From Candidatus Thorarchaeota archaeon (lineage in GTDB: Archaea > Asgardarchaeota > Thorarchaeia > Thorarchaeales > Thorarchaeaceae), in assembly GCA_048882325.1 (NCBI GenBank), contig JBHLRS010000013.1, positions 7,668 to 71,667 of the forward strand: DNA of 64,000 nucleotides, written 5' to 3'. This document shows, piece by piece, positions 34,986-44,537 of this stretch; positions within the stretch are counted from its first letter, which is position 1, and the number at the start of each line of letters is the position of its first letter. A model generated the notes under the pieces. That model saw nothing but the letters and a program-made list of their open reading frames with translations. It was not told the origin of the DNA and did not search any database. Both the position numbers and the translations under genes were made by a program.

Positions 34986-36080
34986 TTGAAAATGGGAGAT
35001 GTCCGAATAGCAATCGCAGGACTTGGTAACTGTGCCTCCGCGCTTATTCAAGGCACACACTACTATAGAAACGCAAAGGCAGATGAGGAAGTACCAGGTT
35101 TAATGCATGTTGATTTTGGCGGCTACTTTCCAAAGGACCTCAAATTTGTTGCAGCCTTTGAAGCAAACAGGAAGAAGATAGGTCTTGATATTGCTGAAGC
35201 CATGTGGGTGGAGCCAAACTGTTGTGTTCCATTCGCTCCTGATGTACCGAAAACAGGTGTCAAGGTACTCCCAGGTCCAATATCGGATGGAGTCGCACCC
35301 CACATGAGAGAATCCTTCTTTGCATATGACGAGAAGGAAATGGAACCTGTGGATGTTGTAGAGGAAATAAAGAAATCAAAGGCAGACCTGCTTGTTTCTT
35401 ACCTCCCAGTTGGAAGTGCAGAAGGCTCCAGAATATACGCACAAGCTGCACTGGAAGCCGAGATAGGTTATATCAACGCAATCCCAGAGTTCATTGTATC
35501 AGATCCTAAATCACCAATAGCTCAGGCCTTCGAGAAGAAAGGAATTCCGTGTGCTGGTGATGACATTAAGAGCCAACTTGGTGCAACAATCTTGCATCGC
35601 GTTCTAGCCCAGCTTTTCGACAAGAGAGGACTGATTCTTGAAAATACGTATCAGCTCAACATTGGGGGGAATACTGATTTTGAAAATATGCAGGTTGAAA
35701 ATCGGTTGAGTTCAAAGAGAATCAGCAAGACTGAAGCAGTCACAAGTTGTGTCGATTATGAGCTGCCCACAAAGATTGGTCCTAGTGACTACGTACCGTT
35801 TCTTGATGACAACAAGGTCTGCTACATCAGCATGAGGTCTAGAGCGTTTGGAGACCTACCTATAGACCTTGATCTAAAACTCTCAGTTCAAGACTCGCCC
35901 AACAGCGGTGGTGTAATCATTGATGTTGCTCGAGCTGTCAAGATTGCTCTAGATAGAGGGATTGGAGGAGAACTCTCAAGCATTAGCTCCTACAGCTTCA
36001 AACACCCTCGATATCAGATTGATGACTTCGAAGCAAGAAAGCGAGTTGACGAATTCATAGAAGGAAAACGCGAGAGGTAG
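34986..36080 (+). CDS. ino1: Inositol-3-phosphate synthase (myo-inositol-1-phosphate synthase)
   Basis: VRIAIAGLGNCASALIQGTHYY...VPGLMHVDFGGY...KFVAAFE closely parallels the actinobacterial/archaeal Ino1 N-terminus (VRVAIVGVGNCASSLVQG..YY...VPGLMHV). Confidence 0.85.
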   Translation: MKMGDVRIAIAGLGNCASALIQGTHYYRNAKADEEVPGLMHVDFGGYFPKDLKFVAAFEANRKKIGLDIAEAMWVEPNCCVPFAPDVPKTGVKVLPGPISDGVAPHMRESFFAYDEKEMEPVDVVEEIKKSKADLLVSYLPVGSAEGSRIYAQAALEAEIGYINAIPEFIVSDPKSPIAQAFEKKGIPCAGDDIKSQLGATILHRVLAQLFDKRGLILENTYQLNIGGNTDFENMQVENRLSSKRISKTEAVTSCVDYELPTKIGPSDYVPFLDDNKVCYISMRSRAFGDLPIDLDLKLSVQDSPNSGGVIIDVARAVKIALDRGIGGELSSISSYSFKHPRYQIDDFEARKRVDEFIEGKRER

Positions 36081-36135
36081 TTTTCAAAAAGAATGAGAGT
36101 CAGCCTAGTAGATTGCTAGGCTGATCTATTCTCAC

Positions 36136-37287
36136 TCAGATTTCGGTGAAACTCTTAACGGTTGACTCATCCAGTCTTTGCAGAACTTCTACGAGGAGCT
36201 GGACAGCTGCCTCTACATCGCCAAGGTCAAGCATCCCATTGTGAGAGTGAATATATCGAGTGGGAATTCCAAGGTACAGTGATGGTGCACCCATACCAGC
36301 AAGATGGATCTGACCAGCATCAGTTCCACCAAGCATTAGAAGCGAGTATTGATGCTGAATTTTCTTCTCTTCTGCGACCCTCAGGACAAACCTACGTAGC
36401 TTTGGGTTTGGTATCATTGACGCGTCTCCACCTGAGATTGCCACTCCTTTACCCATCTTTTGAGCTAGTTGGTCGGCACCAGGTGAATCACCAGATATGT
36501 CAACATCCACAGCAAATCCAATGTCTGGCAGAACCGTCTGAGCAGAGGTCTTTGCACCGCGTAGTCCAACCTCCTCCTGGACTGTAGACACAAAATAGAC
36601 TGTGTTTGGTAGTGAGATGTTCTTTTCGGATATCCTCCGAAGTACTTCAAGAACAACAAAGACACCAATTCTGTCGTCAAAAGCCTTAGCAATTGCTAGG
36701 GTGACCTCCCGCTCCTTCTCCTTCGCATCTTTGTCATCCTCGTCTTTCTTCTCTTTTCGAGTTCTCTTAATAGTGCGAAAGTCTGAACGTGGAACTGCAG
36801 GGTCACCAACTCGTATTCCAAGTTTTTTGACTTCCTCAGCAGATGAACATCCGATGTCGATGTACATCTTCTCTTTAGTAACGACCTTACTCCGCATCTC
36901 AGGGGTTAGTAAATGGGGAGGTGGTGCACCGATAACACCGATGATCTTCTCATCGCCCTCAGAAGGTCGGATGACGACCTCTTGTGTTAGAAGAGTTTGG
37001 TCCCACCAACCGCCTAGCTGATGAAATGTGAGGTACCCATACTTCTTGATGTTGGTGATGATGAATCCGATCTCATCAACATGCCCTGCTATCATTACTT
37101 TAGGTCCACCATCGCCTTTCTTGAAGATGAGCGATCCTATGCCATCTTGGAGTACTTCGACACCGTACTTCTTAGCGTACTCAAGTGCTACTTTCTGAGC
37201 CTCCTCCTCATGACCACTTGGTCCGAATGCATTACAAAGGTCTTCAAGTAGCTTCAAATCAAGATTCAATTCAGTCATGAAACTCAC
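36136..37287 (-). CDS. M42-family (TET/FrvX-like) aminopeptidase
   Basis: LCNAFGPSGHEEE, MIAGHVDEIGF, AFDDRIG, STVQEEVGLRGA and IPTRYIHS signatures. Contains a K/E/D-rich insertion. Confidence 0.85.
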   Translation of the reverse strand: MSFMTELNLDLKLLEDLCNAFGPSGHEEEAQKVALEYAKKYGVEVLQDGIGSLIFKKGDGGPKVMIAGHVDEIGFIITNIKKYGYLTFHQLGGWWDQTLLTQEVVIRPSEGDEKIIGVIGAPPPHLLTPEMRSKVVTKEKMYIDIGCSSAEEVKKLGIRVGDPAVPRSDFRTIKRTRKEKKDEDDKDAKEKEREVTLAIAKAFDDRIGVFVVLEVLRRISEKNISLPNTVYFVSTVQEEVGLRGAKTSAQTVLPDIGFAVDVDISGDSPGADQLAQKMGKGVAISGGDASMIPNPKLRRFVLRVAEEKKIQHQYSLLMLGGTDAGQIHLAGMGAPSLYLGIPTRYIHSHNGMLDLGDVEAAVQLLVEVLQRLDESTVKSFTEI

Positions 37288-37367
37288 TTCATTTCCCTTG
37301 GGAACTTGTTTGGTGCGAAATATTACCCTCTTTAGTGGTTTTGGTTATAGCAGATTCTAGAATGTGA

Positions 37368-37910
37368 TTAAGAAATTGCTAGCGAATTCTTCGCAAGCAT
37401 GTTGAATGCCTCTTCGACGTTCTGACCATTCAGTGCGCTTGTTTCTAGATATCCGGTGAGATTATGCTCTCGGGTAAACTGTTCACCCATCTCACGAGTA
37501 ATCACCCTATGTTCGATGAGGTCCACTTTGTTTGCTAGAAGAATAATCGGAATCCTTTCGCCTAAAGCATCTTCAGTTTCCTTAATCCACTTTGGTAGTT
37601 CTAACCATGTACTCTTTCGGGTTGTATCGTACACAAGTAAAGCCCCTTTAGATCCTCGATAATAACTACCACGAATGAAATCGAATCTCTGCTGTCCAGC
37701 AAGGTCCCAAACCAAAAGTTTCACAACCACATTACGACCGTTCGCAGCTTCTACTTCTACCGTCTTGACTGCAAATTGTGAACCAATGGTCACGATATAC
37801 TCTTCAGAGAACTTGTGTGTGAGAAATCTGTTGACTAGGGCAGTCTTTCCACTACCGCCAGCGCCAATCATGACGACCTTACGCATGTAGTCAAAGCCAC
37901 CGCTACTCAA
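37368..37910 (-). CDS. Rab/Ras-like small GTPase
   Basis: KVVMIGAGGSGKT (G1), TIGSQF (G2), WDLAGQQRF (G3), ANKVDL (G4), ETSALNG (G5). No C-terminal prenylation motif. Confidence 0.9.
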   Translation of the reverse strand: MSSGGFDYMRKVVMIGAGGSGKTALVNRFLTHKFSEEYIVTIGSQFAVKTVEVEAANGRNVVVKLLVWDLAGQQRFDFIRGSYYRGSKGALLVYDTTRKSTWLELPKWIKETEDALGERIPIILLANKVDLIEHRVITREMGEQFTREHNLTGYLETSALNGQNVEEAFNMLAKNSLAIS

Positions 37911-38141
37911 GTACTCACCTTTCTGCTCAATTATCGGGACTCACATAGGTGTGTCTAAAGCTTCCACCCGCAGGATTCCTCATGCGAAGTTAGTTTCACC
38001 ATATTTAGCCTTTTATGGGTCGAATGTCCACGAGTGAAAGTCTCACTCGTCGTTTCATTAAAGATGGCGCGAAGCACTTCTGGTTTGGTATCGACTTATA
38101 TCCGGTAATACCCGGTTAACACCTGACGCGAGGGATCACGT

Positions 38142-38318
38142 GTGCAACTTGTGACCGTAAAAATGAGCGATATTTATGTGAAGGGACTTGACAAGTTAGT
38201 GGACATCGGTATGTACCCGTCCAGAAGCGAGGCTATCAGAGTAGCAATCAGAGATCTACTGCGGAGAGAGTTGTGGCCAGCAGATGGAAGTCCCATCAAC
38301 ATGGATGAGAGCAAATAA
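38142..38318 (+). CDS. Ribbon-helix-helix (CopG/Arc-MetJ family) DNA-binding protein, 58 aa
   Basis: Below the ORF-track size cut-off. (GTG)QLVTVKMSDIYVKGLDKLVDIGMYPSRSEAIRVAIRDLLRRELW shows the RHH beta-strand, then helix A, then the G-x-Y-x-SRSE-x-IR-x-AIR helix B signature. ATG 38163 is an alternative start. Confidence 0.7.
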   Translation: MQLVTVKMSDIYVKGLDKLVDIGMYPSRSEAIRVAIRDLLRRELWPADGSPINMDESK

Positions 38319-38387
38319 CACGGAATTTGTGCCCACAAGACACATTAAGCCTATTGAGATGAGTGAGTCGTTACTTGCGTCTACAGC

Positions 38388-38915
38388 ATGGAGGACAAGT
38401 GTTTGAACTTCAGGGTATTCTTCAAGAGTGTCAAATTCGCATATCGAGCTAGGATTCGAGTTTTGGCATTCATTTTGATTTACGCAATATTGTACATAAT
38501 TGTAGCAAAAGGTCTGACGAACAATCCAGGAGATTTGTCGTATGTAGGTCTTGCCTTCATCGTGGCAACAATATACGCAATTTTGGTTTCACAATTCAGA
38601 AGACGAGACATTTCTATCTTCAAATGTATCGGATGGGATAATTCGAATGTTATGCTTTTAGTGATGGGAGAAGTCATTCTTGTTTCATTCACTGCTTTTC
38701 TCCTAGTCTTCCAAGTGAGTGTGGAGATTCTTGGTCTATTTGCGTATTTCCTGGGAGTCACAGAAGTCACTGGATTGTGGGATCTTGTATATGTTGATTT
38801 GATATCCATGTTTGTAACACTGTTCTGGATAATCATCGCGCAGATACCAGGACTTCTATTGTCCATGTGGAGAGCAACTCAAGTCCCACCAATGAGGGCA
38901 CTTAGGGAGGAATGA
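38388..38915 (+). CDS. Small FtsX-like ABC permease (4 TM)
   Basis: FKCIGWDNSNVMLLVMGEVILVSF is the FtsX-domain core. Located directly upstream of an ABC ATPase gene. Confidence 0.65.
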   Translation: MEDKCLNFRVFFKSVKFAYRARIRVLAFILIYAILYIIVAKGLTNNPGDLSYVGLAFIVATIYAILVSQFRRRDISIFKCIGWDNSNVMLLVMGEVILVSFTAFLLVFQVSVEILGLFAYFLGVTEVTGLWDLVYVDLISMFVTLFWIIIAQIPGLLLSMWRATQVPPMRALREE

Positions 38916-38918
38916 GAT

Positions 38919-39596
38919 ATGGTTGGACCAATAATTCAACTCGAAGATGTCAATAAAGAATTTGGCAAGGGAAAGAACACCGTAGCAGCGCTGAAAGATG
39001 TTGATTTGCAGATTGAAGCTGGTGACTTTGTGGCCGTACTAGGTCCCAGTGGTTGTGGAAAGTCAACACTGCTCCACGTGATGTCAGGTCTTGAAGCACC
39101 ATCATCTGGTAGAGTCCTTGTGGATGCGGTTGATGTCACATTGATAAGCGAACGGGATATGCCTAAGGTTCGAGCGCAGAAGATTGGCTTTGTGTTTCAG
39201 TCATTCTTGCTTGTTGACCATCTGACAGCATATGAGAACATCGAATCTGTTCTCTGGCCTAGAAATGATATAACTAAGACAGAACAAGAGGAAAGAACTC
39301 TAGCAGTCCTCCGTGAAGTTGATATGCTCGAGAGGAGAGACCACTTTCCAAAACAGCTGTCTGGTGGGGAACAACAGAGAGTAGCTATTGGTAGAGCACT
39401 TGTGAACAATCCACCGATCCTATTTTGTGATGAACCCACCGGGAACCTCGACTCGAGAACAGGTGAGAATATTCTCAAGATCATCGCTCAGCTGAATCGG
39501 GAGAGGAGGATGACTGTTGTTCTTGTGACGCACAACCATGACATTGCCAAATTTGCTAAGAGAACGCTCAATATGAAAGATGGTGTCATCAGATAG
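38919..39596 (+). CDS. ABC transporter ATP-binding protein (MacB/LolD-type)
   Basis: Walker [11 protein letters not shown]-loop, signature LSGGEQQRV, Walker [13 protein letters not shown], and H-loop VTHN. Confidence 0.95.
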   Translation: MVGPIIQLEDVNKEFGKGKNTVAALKDVDLQIEAGDFVAVLGPSGCGKSTLLHVMSGLEAPSSGRVLVDAVDVTLISERDMPKVRAQKIGFVFQSFLLVDHLTAYENIESVLWPRNDITKTEQEERTLAVLREVDMLERRDHFPKQLSGGEQQRVAIGRALVNNPPILFCDEPTGNLDSRTGENILKIIAQLNRERRMTVVLVTHNHDIAKFAKRTLNMKDGVIR

Positions 39597-39619
39597 TCAC
39601 TTACCAGAATCACGGGGTC

Positions 39620-40462
39620 TTGATATTCATGGGTCAGTCAGAGTGCCAAAAATTGGAGGAACTGGCTGAGGAAAAAGCGGACTCTGGAAAGAACAAGGAG
39701 GCAATGACTCTCTTTCGGAAAGCAGGGGACTGTTGGAAGAACTGGGAGTCATACTCAAAATCTGCACAATCGTATGAGCGTGCGTATGAACATGGTATGC
39801 TAGCTCAGAATTATTGGGATGCTGCCCTTGTGATGAAGAAAGCTGGTGCTTCGTGGATAAAGCATGGCGAACATGAAAAGTTCGAGATTGACTGTCAGAT
39901 TGCGGCACAGGCATATGTGTCTGCGGCTGAGGAGAAGAAAGATCCATATCTCCTTCTTGATGGAGCTTTCTGTGCCATCACAGGAGGAGACCTTGAGCTA
40001 TCTAGACAATTGATTGATGCAGTTATTCAAATCACAAAAGGAGAAGTCACAGGCTTTATCGACCTCGCCCTGATGCTTACTGAGTATCGTTTCGGTGATG
40101 CAAACAAGTTAATGGAAACAGTCTTAGCTGCTGAAATTGATAGAACTGAACTCAATAAACTCAGACAGTCTTTTGAGCTGGTTCTTGCGGGCTTTATCCG
40201 GACCTCACTTGAGTCTGAAGCAGCAGTAACGCTTGCAAGTCTTGAAGAGAGCACAGGTCTGGAAAAAAACCAACTGAAGAGGTTGATTGTTAGGTTAATC
40301 GAAAATGGGTACATTCCTGCCTATCTTGACGAAATTTCTGAAGAGCTAGTTGTTGACGCTGATAGATTCGATGTTTCATCACTGGAAACGAGGAAGAGAC
40401 CCATTCTAAGTAGGGATCTAGAGGACCCTGGTGCTTGGGACATTGACCTTGATGAGGAGTGA
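39620..40462 (+). CDS. Hypothetical TPR-like helical protein with C-terminal winged helix (PCI-like architecture)
   Basis: Helical-repeat N-terminal region ([31 protein letters not shown]...) followed by [44 protein letters not shown], the pattern of a PCI-type WH. The start may be ATG 39629. Confidence 0.6.
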   Translation: MIFMGQSECQKLEELAEEKADSGKNKEAMTLFRKAGDCWKNWESYSKSAQSYERAYEHGMLAQNYWDAALVMKKAGASWIKHGEHEKFEIDCQIAAQAYVSAAEEKKDPYLLLDGAFCAITGGDLELSRQLIDAVIQITKGEVTGFIDLALMLTEYRFGDANKLMETVLAAEIDRTELNKLRQSFELVLAGFIRTSLESEAAVTLASLEESTGLEKNQLKRLIVRLIENGYIPAYLDEISEELVVDADRFDVSSLETRKRPILSRDLEDPGAWDIDLDEE

Positions 40463-40554
40463 TTGAGTGGATTTGCTGACTCTTTATAGGGCCCCTAGAA
40501 AACGTTTTTAGTACCATTGCTGACACTCACAATTGCCTGCTCACTTATTGATAG

Positions 40555-40782
40555 GTGATAGTACAAATGGCTGAAGGGCTGAAATGGATGCAGTGTCCTG
40601 TTTGTAAGGAATCAATCTACTGGGAGGTTCCTAAGGACAGTTTGAAGAATGTCAAGCGGTTTCCAGCCCCTGTCGTTGTCAAGCATAAAGACCACTATCT
40701 TATCTGCTACTTGGATAGCCATCAACAACTGGCTGATACCGAAATTGGAATTGCCTGTGTTGATGGTAAGGAGAAGAAGTGA
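40555..40782 (+). CDS. Hypothetical small protein with N-terminal CxxC
   Basis: 75-aa ORF (ATG at 40567: MAEGLKWMQCPVCKESIYWEV). No family recognised. Confidence 0.45.
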   Translation: MIVQMAEGLKWMQCPVCKESIYWEVPKDSLKNVKRFPAPVVVKHKDHYLICYLDSHQQLADTEIGIACVDGKEKK

Positions 40783-40793
40783 TCCGCGTTCAT

Positions 40794-41342
40794 TCACTCA
40801 ATCCCATTGTCCATAGCCCATTCGAGGACGCGTGCGGCTTGAGCACTTGCCATACCCCACGATCGAAGATTGAGAATCAAATTTCTTATACCTGCTATCC
40901 AATCATCAAGAAGGTCCTTGATCCTCTGATGGATGACGGGATCGGTGTCTTGCTTATAGATTGGAAGAATCATATCTACCAGACTCTGGGAGAGAACCAA
41001 TATGGTTTCCAAACGAGCAATCCATTCCTCTCTGGGCAGACCAGACAAGGTCTGAGCTACTGCAAGATGGTAGTCATATTGGGCGGTGAAATATCTAAGA
41101 CGCCAGCTTAGTACTTCTACAAGTAGTGTCTTATGAGCTGTACTTGGAGCTGTCTTGATAAGCAAACTTAGGAACCGTTGGGTCATCTCGTCAGCTGATT
41201 GGCTTGCGTCATAATACAGCGCCATAGCTTGCTGATATTCCTCGTTAGTTAGACATTCGTTAGCGCGGCCAACTGCGTGCTTGAAGCGGTCAAGCAGTGC
41301 CTTTGTGGTTGCGCCTTCAACGTCTTCCAACTGGATATTCAC
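40794..41342 (-). CDS. Hypothetical all-helical protein
   Basis: 182-aa ORF with helical composition. No family recognised. Confidence 0.55.
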   Translation of the reverse strand: MNIQLEDVEGATTKALLDRFKHAVGRANECLTNEEYQQAMALYYDASQSADEMTQRFLSLLIKTAPSTAHKTLLVEVLSWRLRYFTAQYDYHLAVAQTLSGLPREEWIARLETILVLSQSLVDMILPIYKQDTDPVIHQRIKDLLDDWIAGIRNLILNLRSWGMASAQAARVLEWAMDNGIE

Positions 41343-41451
41343 CTTGTCATTTTTCCGATTCTGTTGACCTGAGGTATATGTAATGGAGGGCCCTCTTGGT
41401 CTTTCCGACGGACGAGATTGCCTATAATTCTAATAAGATGTTTTGCTGTTT

Positions 41452-42441
41452 CTACTCAAGGTCAGAGATAGGTGGTGGATGTTTCAATTTGAACTCTTCT
41501 GATGCATGAGTCCAGCTAATGAAATCTTCACTGGGAGGGTCAGTTACATAACGCTTTTCGCGCTCAGCCTCAAGCATTGATCTTTCCACACCTAGGAGGT
41601 CAGCCATAGTCAGCACCTGATTTCCAGAGTTCTTCGCGGTACTTAGCACAGGTGACAGCCACTCTTTCCAATTCTTACCTCTCATAAGATGATGGTCAAC
41701 CACAAGAGTAGGAACCGATGACGCAAGAACTATCAATGATCTCTGAGCAGCCTCTCTCTCGTCATCAGTGAACTTTGATAGATAGATAGGAGGACCACCA
41801 ACTATCAACAAGTCAGGTGCAATCGACAGGATGTATTGAAGAGTTTCTTGGACAACAGGTCCCTGAATGTCAGGTGCGAATAAGAAACGATTTTCTGAGT
41901 ACTCGACAAGCGTTGCTAACACATAGCCTAGAAATGAATTTTCTGGACCATGAGGAAGTGGTTGTGAATAGGTGACGAAAGTATCCCCGAATTTGAACTT
42001 TCGATCATCAGCCCATTCTATCTTTGAAACAACATCGCCAATGTCTTTCTCGAAGTAAAAACCACGTCGTCTCTGGGAAGGATTGATTTTCGCACGGTTA
42101 TCTTTACTCAAAACCACCTTATCTGCAAACATATCTCTACGTTCTTCCTTCGAACTTAGATTGTAGAGTTTATTATCAAAGCCTGGTCTGACATGATCGT
42201 AATGATAATGTGAGATTGAGAGTACGTTCGAATTTGCAGCAGCCATGTTGATCTTGTCAAGTGAAGTTTTCAAAGCCTGATATTCTGTAGGATGCGGTTC
42301 TAAACCATATCGCTTTGCCAATGCAGCAGATGGATCAAATAAGATGCTTAGGTCAGGAGTGATAACGTGAGTGCAGAGGGACCTCGTACCAAGACTTTCT
42401 GCAGCCAATGGGATGATATCAATCTCTCCTAACTTCATCAC
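41452..42441 (-). CDS. MBL-fold hydrolase (archaeal UPF0282-like)
   Basis: LAAESLGTRSLCTHV, ISHYHYDH (HxHxDH variant) and VDHHLMR. Length and layout are typical of the archaeal UPF0282 family. Confidence 0.7.
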   Translation of the reverse strand: MMKLGEIDIIPLAAESLGTRSLCTHVITPDLSILFDPSAALAKRYGLEPHPTEYQALKTSLDKINMAAANSNVLSISHYHYDHVRPGFDNKLYNLSSKEERRDMFADKVVLSKDNRAKINPSQRRRGFYFEKDIGDVVSKIEWADDRKFKFGDTFVTYSQPLPHGPENSFLGYVLATLVEYSENRFLFAPDIQGPVVQETLQYILSIAPDLLIVGGPPIYLSKFTDDEREAAQRSLIVLASSVPTLVVDHHLMRGKNWKEWLSPVLSTAKNSGNQVLTMADLLGVERSMLEAEREKRYVTDPPSEDFISWTHASEEFKLKHPPPISDLE

Positions 42442-42925
42442 CAGACTTCCTGTAATAGATTAGATGATACCCATCTTCATCATGCTTCAGCTCAGCCTCA
42501 TAGGGTGTTAAAGATGGCTCATTCTGAAAACAATGGAACATCTCAAAGTCAGAGGGAAGAAACCGCCCTTTTGCAGATTCAATCTCGTCCTCAGTGAATA
42601 GTGCGAGATCCCCTTCCCGATGATTCTTAGTAAATGATGCAATTTCTGCATAACCAACAAAAATGAGAAAGTGAGAAGATAGTGATTCATCGGATTCGAC
42701 AAGCCTCTCAGAAACAAGTCCGCGATATTCATAGTTATTGACCTTGAATGCACCAGTTTCTTCCCTAACCTCTCTTGTGGCAGCAGCCCGTATATGTTCC
42801 CCTAGTCCAACCTTGCCTCCTACCAAACTCCAAAGATTCTCATACGGTGGATTTCGCCTCTGTAGGAACAAATAACGTTCACCAACACGGAGTATGGTGA
42901 TTGCAATTGGTACTAGTTTAGTCAT
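42419..42925 (-). CDS. NUDIX hydrolase
   Basis: Nudix box GGKVGLGEHIRAAATREVREETG. Confidence 0.85.
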   Translation of the reverse strand: MTKLVPIAITILRVGERYLFLQRRNPPYENLWSLVGGKVGLGEHIRAAATREVREETGAFKVNNYEYRGLVSERLVESDESLSSHFLIFVGYAEIASFTKNHREGDLALFTEDEIESAKGRFLPSDFEMFHCFQNEPSLTPYEAELKHDEDGYHLIYYRKSGDEVRRD

Positions 42926-43043
42926 GTATTAATCCACCGATACTGGAGATGATGAAGCCACTCCTTTAAAGCTAGAGGCTGTCCTATCCTCTTGAAGCTA
43001 AAATTCATAGCAAGCAAAAAACCACATAGGAGTAGGTCTGAAA

Positions 43044-44531
43044 TTGGAACAACTGTTAACCGATGATGTAAGGAGAAGAATTCTAGCAGAGATAACCCCA
43101 ACTCGGAAAGAGCTAGACCTACAGAACACTGTAATTCAGACACTAATAGATGCACTAGCAAATCATACCGGTTCACAGCAGTTTTCATACTCGTTCATTG
43201 AGGCACAAGGTTCTACAGGAAAGAAGCAGACTCAACTTCGAGGCGCTGCTGATATAGACCTGTTTGTGGGACTTATTCCCGATGAATACGGTAATATTCT
43301 AGAACAACCGTTACCGAAGAGACACAAGGCCATTGACGATTTGATGAACTGGATGATCAAGAATTGGTTTGAACCTGCGGTTGATAGGTTAAACGTGGTT
43401 AACGTTCAGCGAGCTTTCTCACAACACCCATTCTTGTCACTAAGGATGAACGGATTGGAGATAGATATTCTAGGATGTTTCGACATTAGTGCGGACCATC
43501 TTTCAAGAGAAGGACCATATACTGCAGTCGACAGAACTGTTCATCATACGCGTTACATTGCAGAAGCTATCACACGGGTAAAGAGAGAAGATGCCAGGAT
43601 ACTGAAGTCATTTGTGAGAGCGAGTCATGCGTATGGTGACCAGTGTGCTGTTGGGAGAATGGGGATAACAGGAGTTTCACTCGAGATATTATCTATTATC
43701 TCAGACGACCTCACCCATGCGTTTGAGAACCTAGAACTACTAATTGACAGACCAATAGACCCCCAATATCGTCCTGTCAAAACTTTACGCAACAACTCGA
43801 CATTCAAGGATGACTACATCATCCTTATTGATCCAACAGACCACAAACGAAATATCGCATCAAGTTTCACACCCAGAGCATATGAATGGGTGAGGCATCG
43901 GATATGCAACCTCCGGGATGCGACCAACCTAAATGACATCGATGAAGTGTTGAACATCATACTTGAGAGTCCGATCCCAACGACTGATATTCCTCGGTGG
44001 TTAGCTAGACATGCATTTGTTTTTGAGTTCAGATCGGATGGAACCAGACACTACACAATATTGCGAGACAAGCTCTACCGAATTGCAAGAAAGATTGAGA
44101 TTGCTCTTCAATCTGAAAGAACAGGAGAAGTCAGGTTTGGAGATACTCTTTCAGAAGTGTACTTTGAGGACAACAGGTATTCGGTAGGGTTCTTGGTTGA
44201 AACACCAGAGATTTCTGACCATTATGTTAGACGGGGGCCTCCAGTGGCTTTGGTTGATGCATGTGTCGAGTTCAGAAATAACCATCAAGAGGTTGTGGAA
44301 CGGGATGGTTTTTTGTGGACAACTGAAAGGAGAGCATGGGTAAATCCAAAGAGTCTCATAGACCAAGTCTTGGAGGATAGCCCAGTTATGGGATTGGTTC
44401 CGATTGAAAAACCCAGTGAGGTTTCGAAGAAGGTACTGAATGTGTTATATAGATACATTCTCCCAATTGAACAAGCATTCTCCGAAAAAATGACAAGAGT
44501 TAAGGACAGAGACCCTGACAATCCGCGGTGA
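43044..44531 (+). CDS. cca: CCA-adding tRNA nucleotidyltransferase (archaeal class I)
   Basis: GSTGKKQTQLRGAADIDLFV, HPFLSLRMNGLEIDILGC, AVDRTVHHTRYI, ARILKSFVRASHAYG...GITGVSLEIL and ILIDPTDHKRNIAS align motif-for-motif with the A. fulgidus CCA enzyme as I recall it. Confidence 0.85.
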   Translation: MEQLLTDDVRRRILAEITPTRKELDLQNTVIQTLIDALANHTGSQQFSYSFIEAQGSTGKKQTQLRGAADIDLFVGLIPDEYGNILEQPLPKRHKAIDDLMNWMIKNWFEPAVDRLNVVNVQRAFSQHPFLSLRMNGLEIDILGCFDISADHLSREGPYTAVDRTVHHTRYIAEAITRVKREDARILKSFVRASHAYGDQCAVGRMGITGVSLEILSIISDDLTHAFENLELLIDRPIDPQYRPVKTLRNNSTFKDDYIILIDPTDHKRNIASSFTPRAYEWVRHRICNLRDATNLNDIDEVLNIILESPIPTTDIPRWLARHAFVFEFRSDGTRHYTILRDKLYRIARKIEIALQSERTGEVRFGDTLSEVYFEDNRYSVGFLVETPEISDHYVRRGPPVALVDACVEFRNNHQEVVERDGFLWTTERRAWVNPKSLIDQVLEDSPVMGLVPIEKPSEVSKKVLNVLYRYILPIEQAFSEKMTRVKDRDPDNPR

Positions 44532-44537
44532 AACATC

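Noticed and set aside
42945-43040. Possible C/D-box sRNA (AUGAUGA at about 42948, CUGA at about 43033)
   Set aside because: The boxes are about 85 nt apart. There are no credible internal D'/C' boxes at the correct 12-nt spacing and no terminal stem. The match is most likely by chance in the cca promoter region.
42922-43188. 88-aa minus-strand ORF overlapping the start of cca
   Set aside because: It lies antisense to the conserved CCA-enzyme N-terminus and has no motif.
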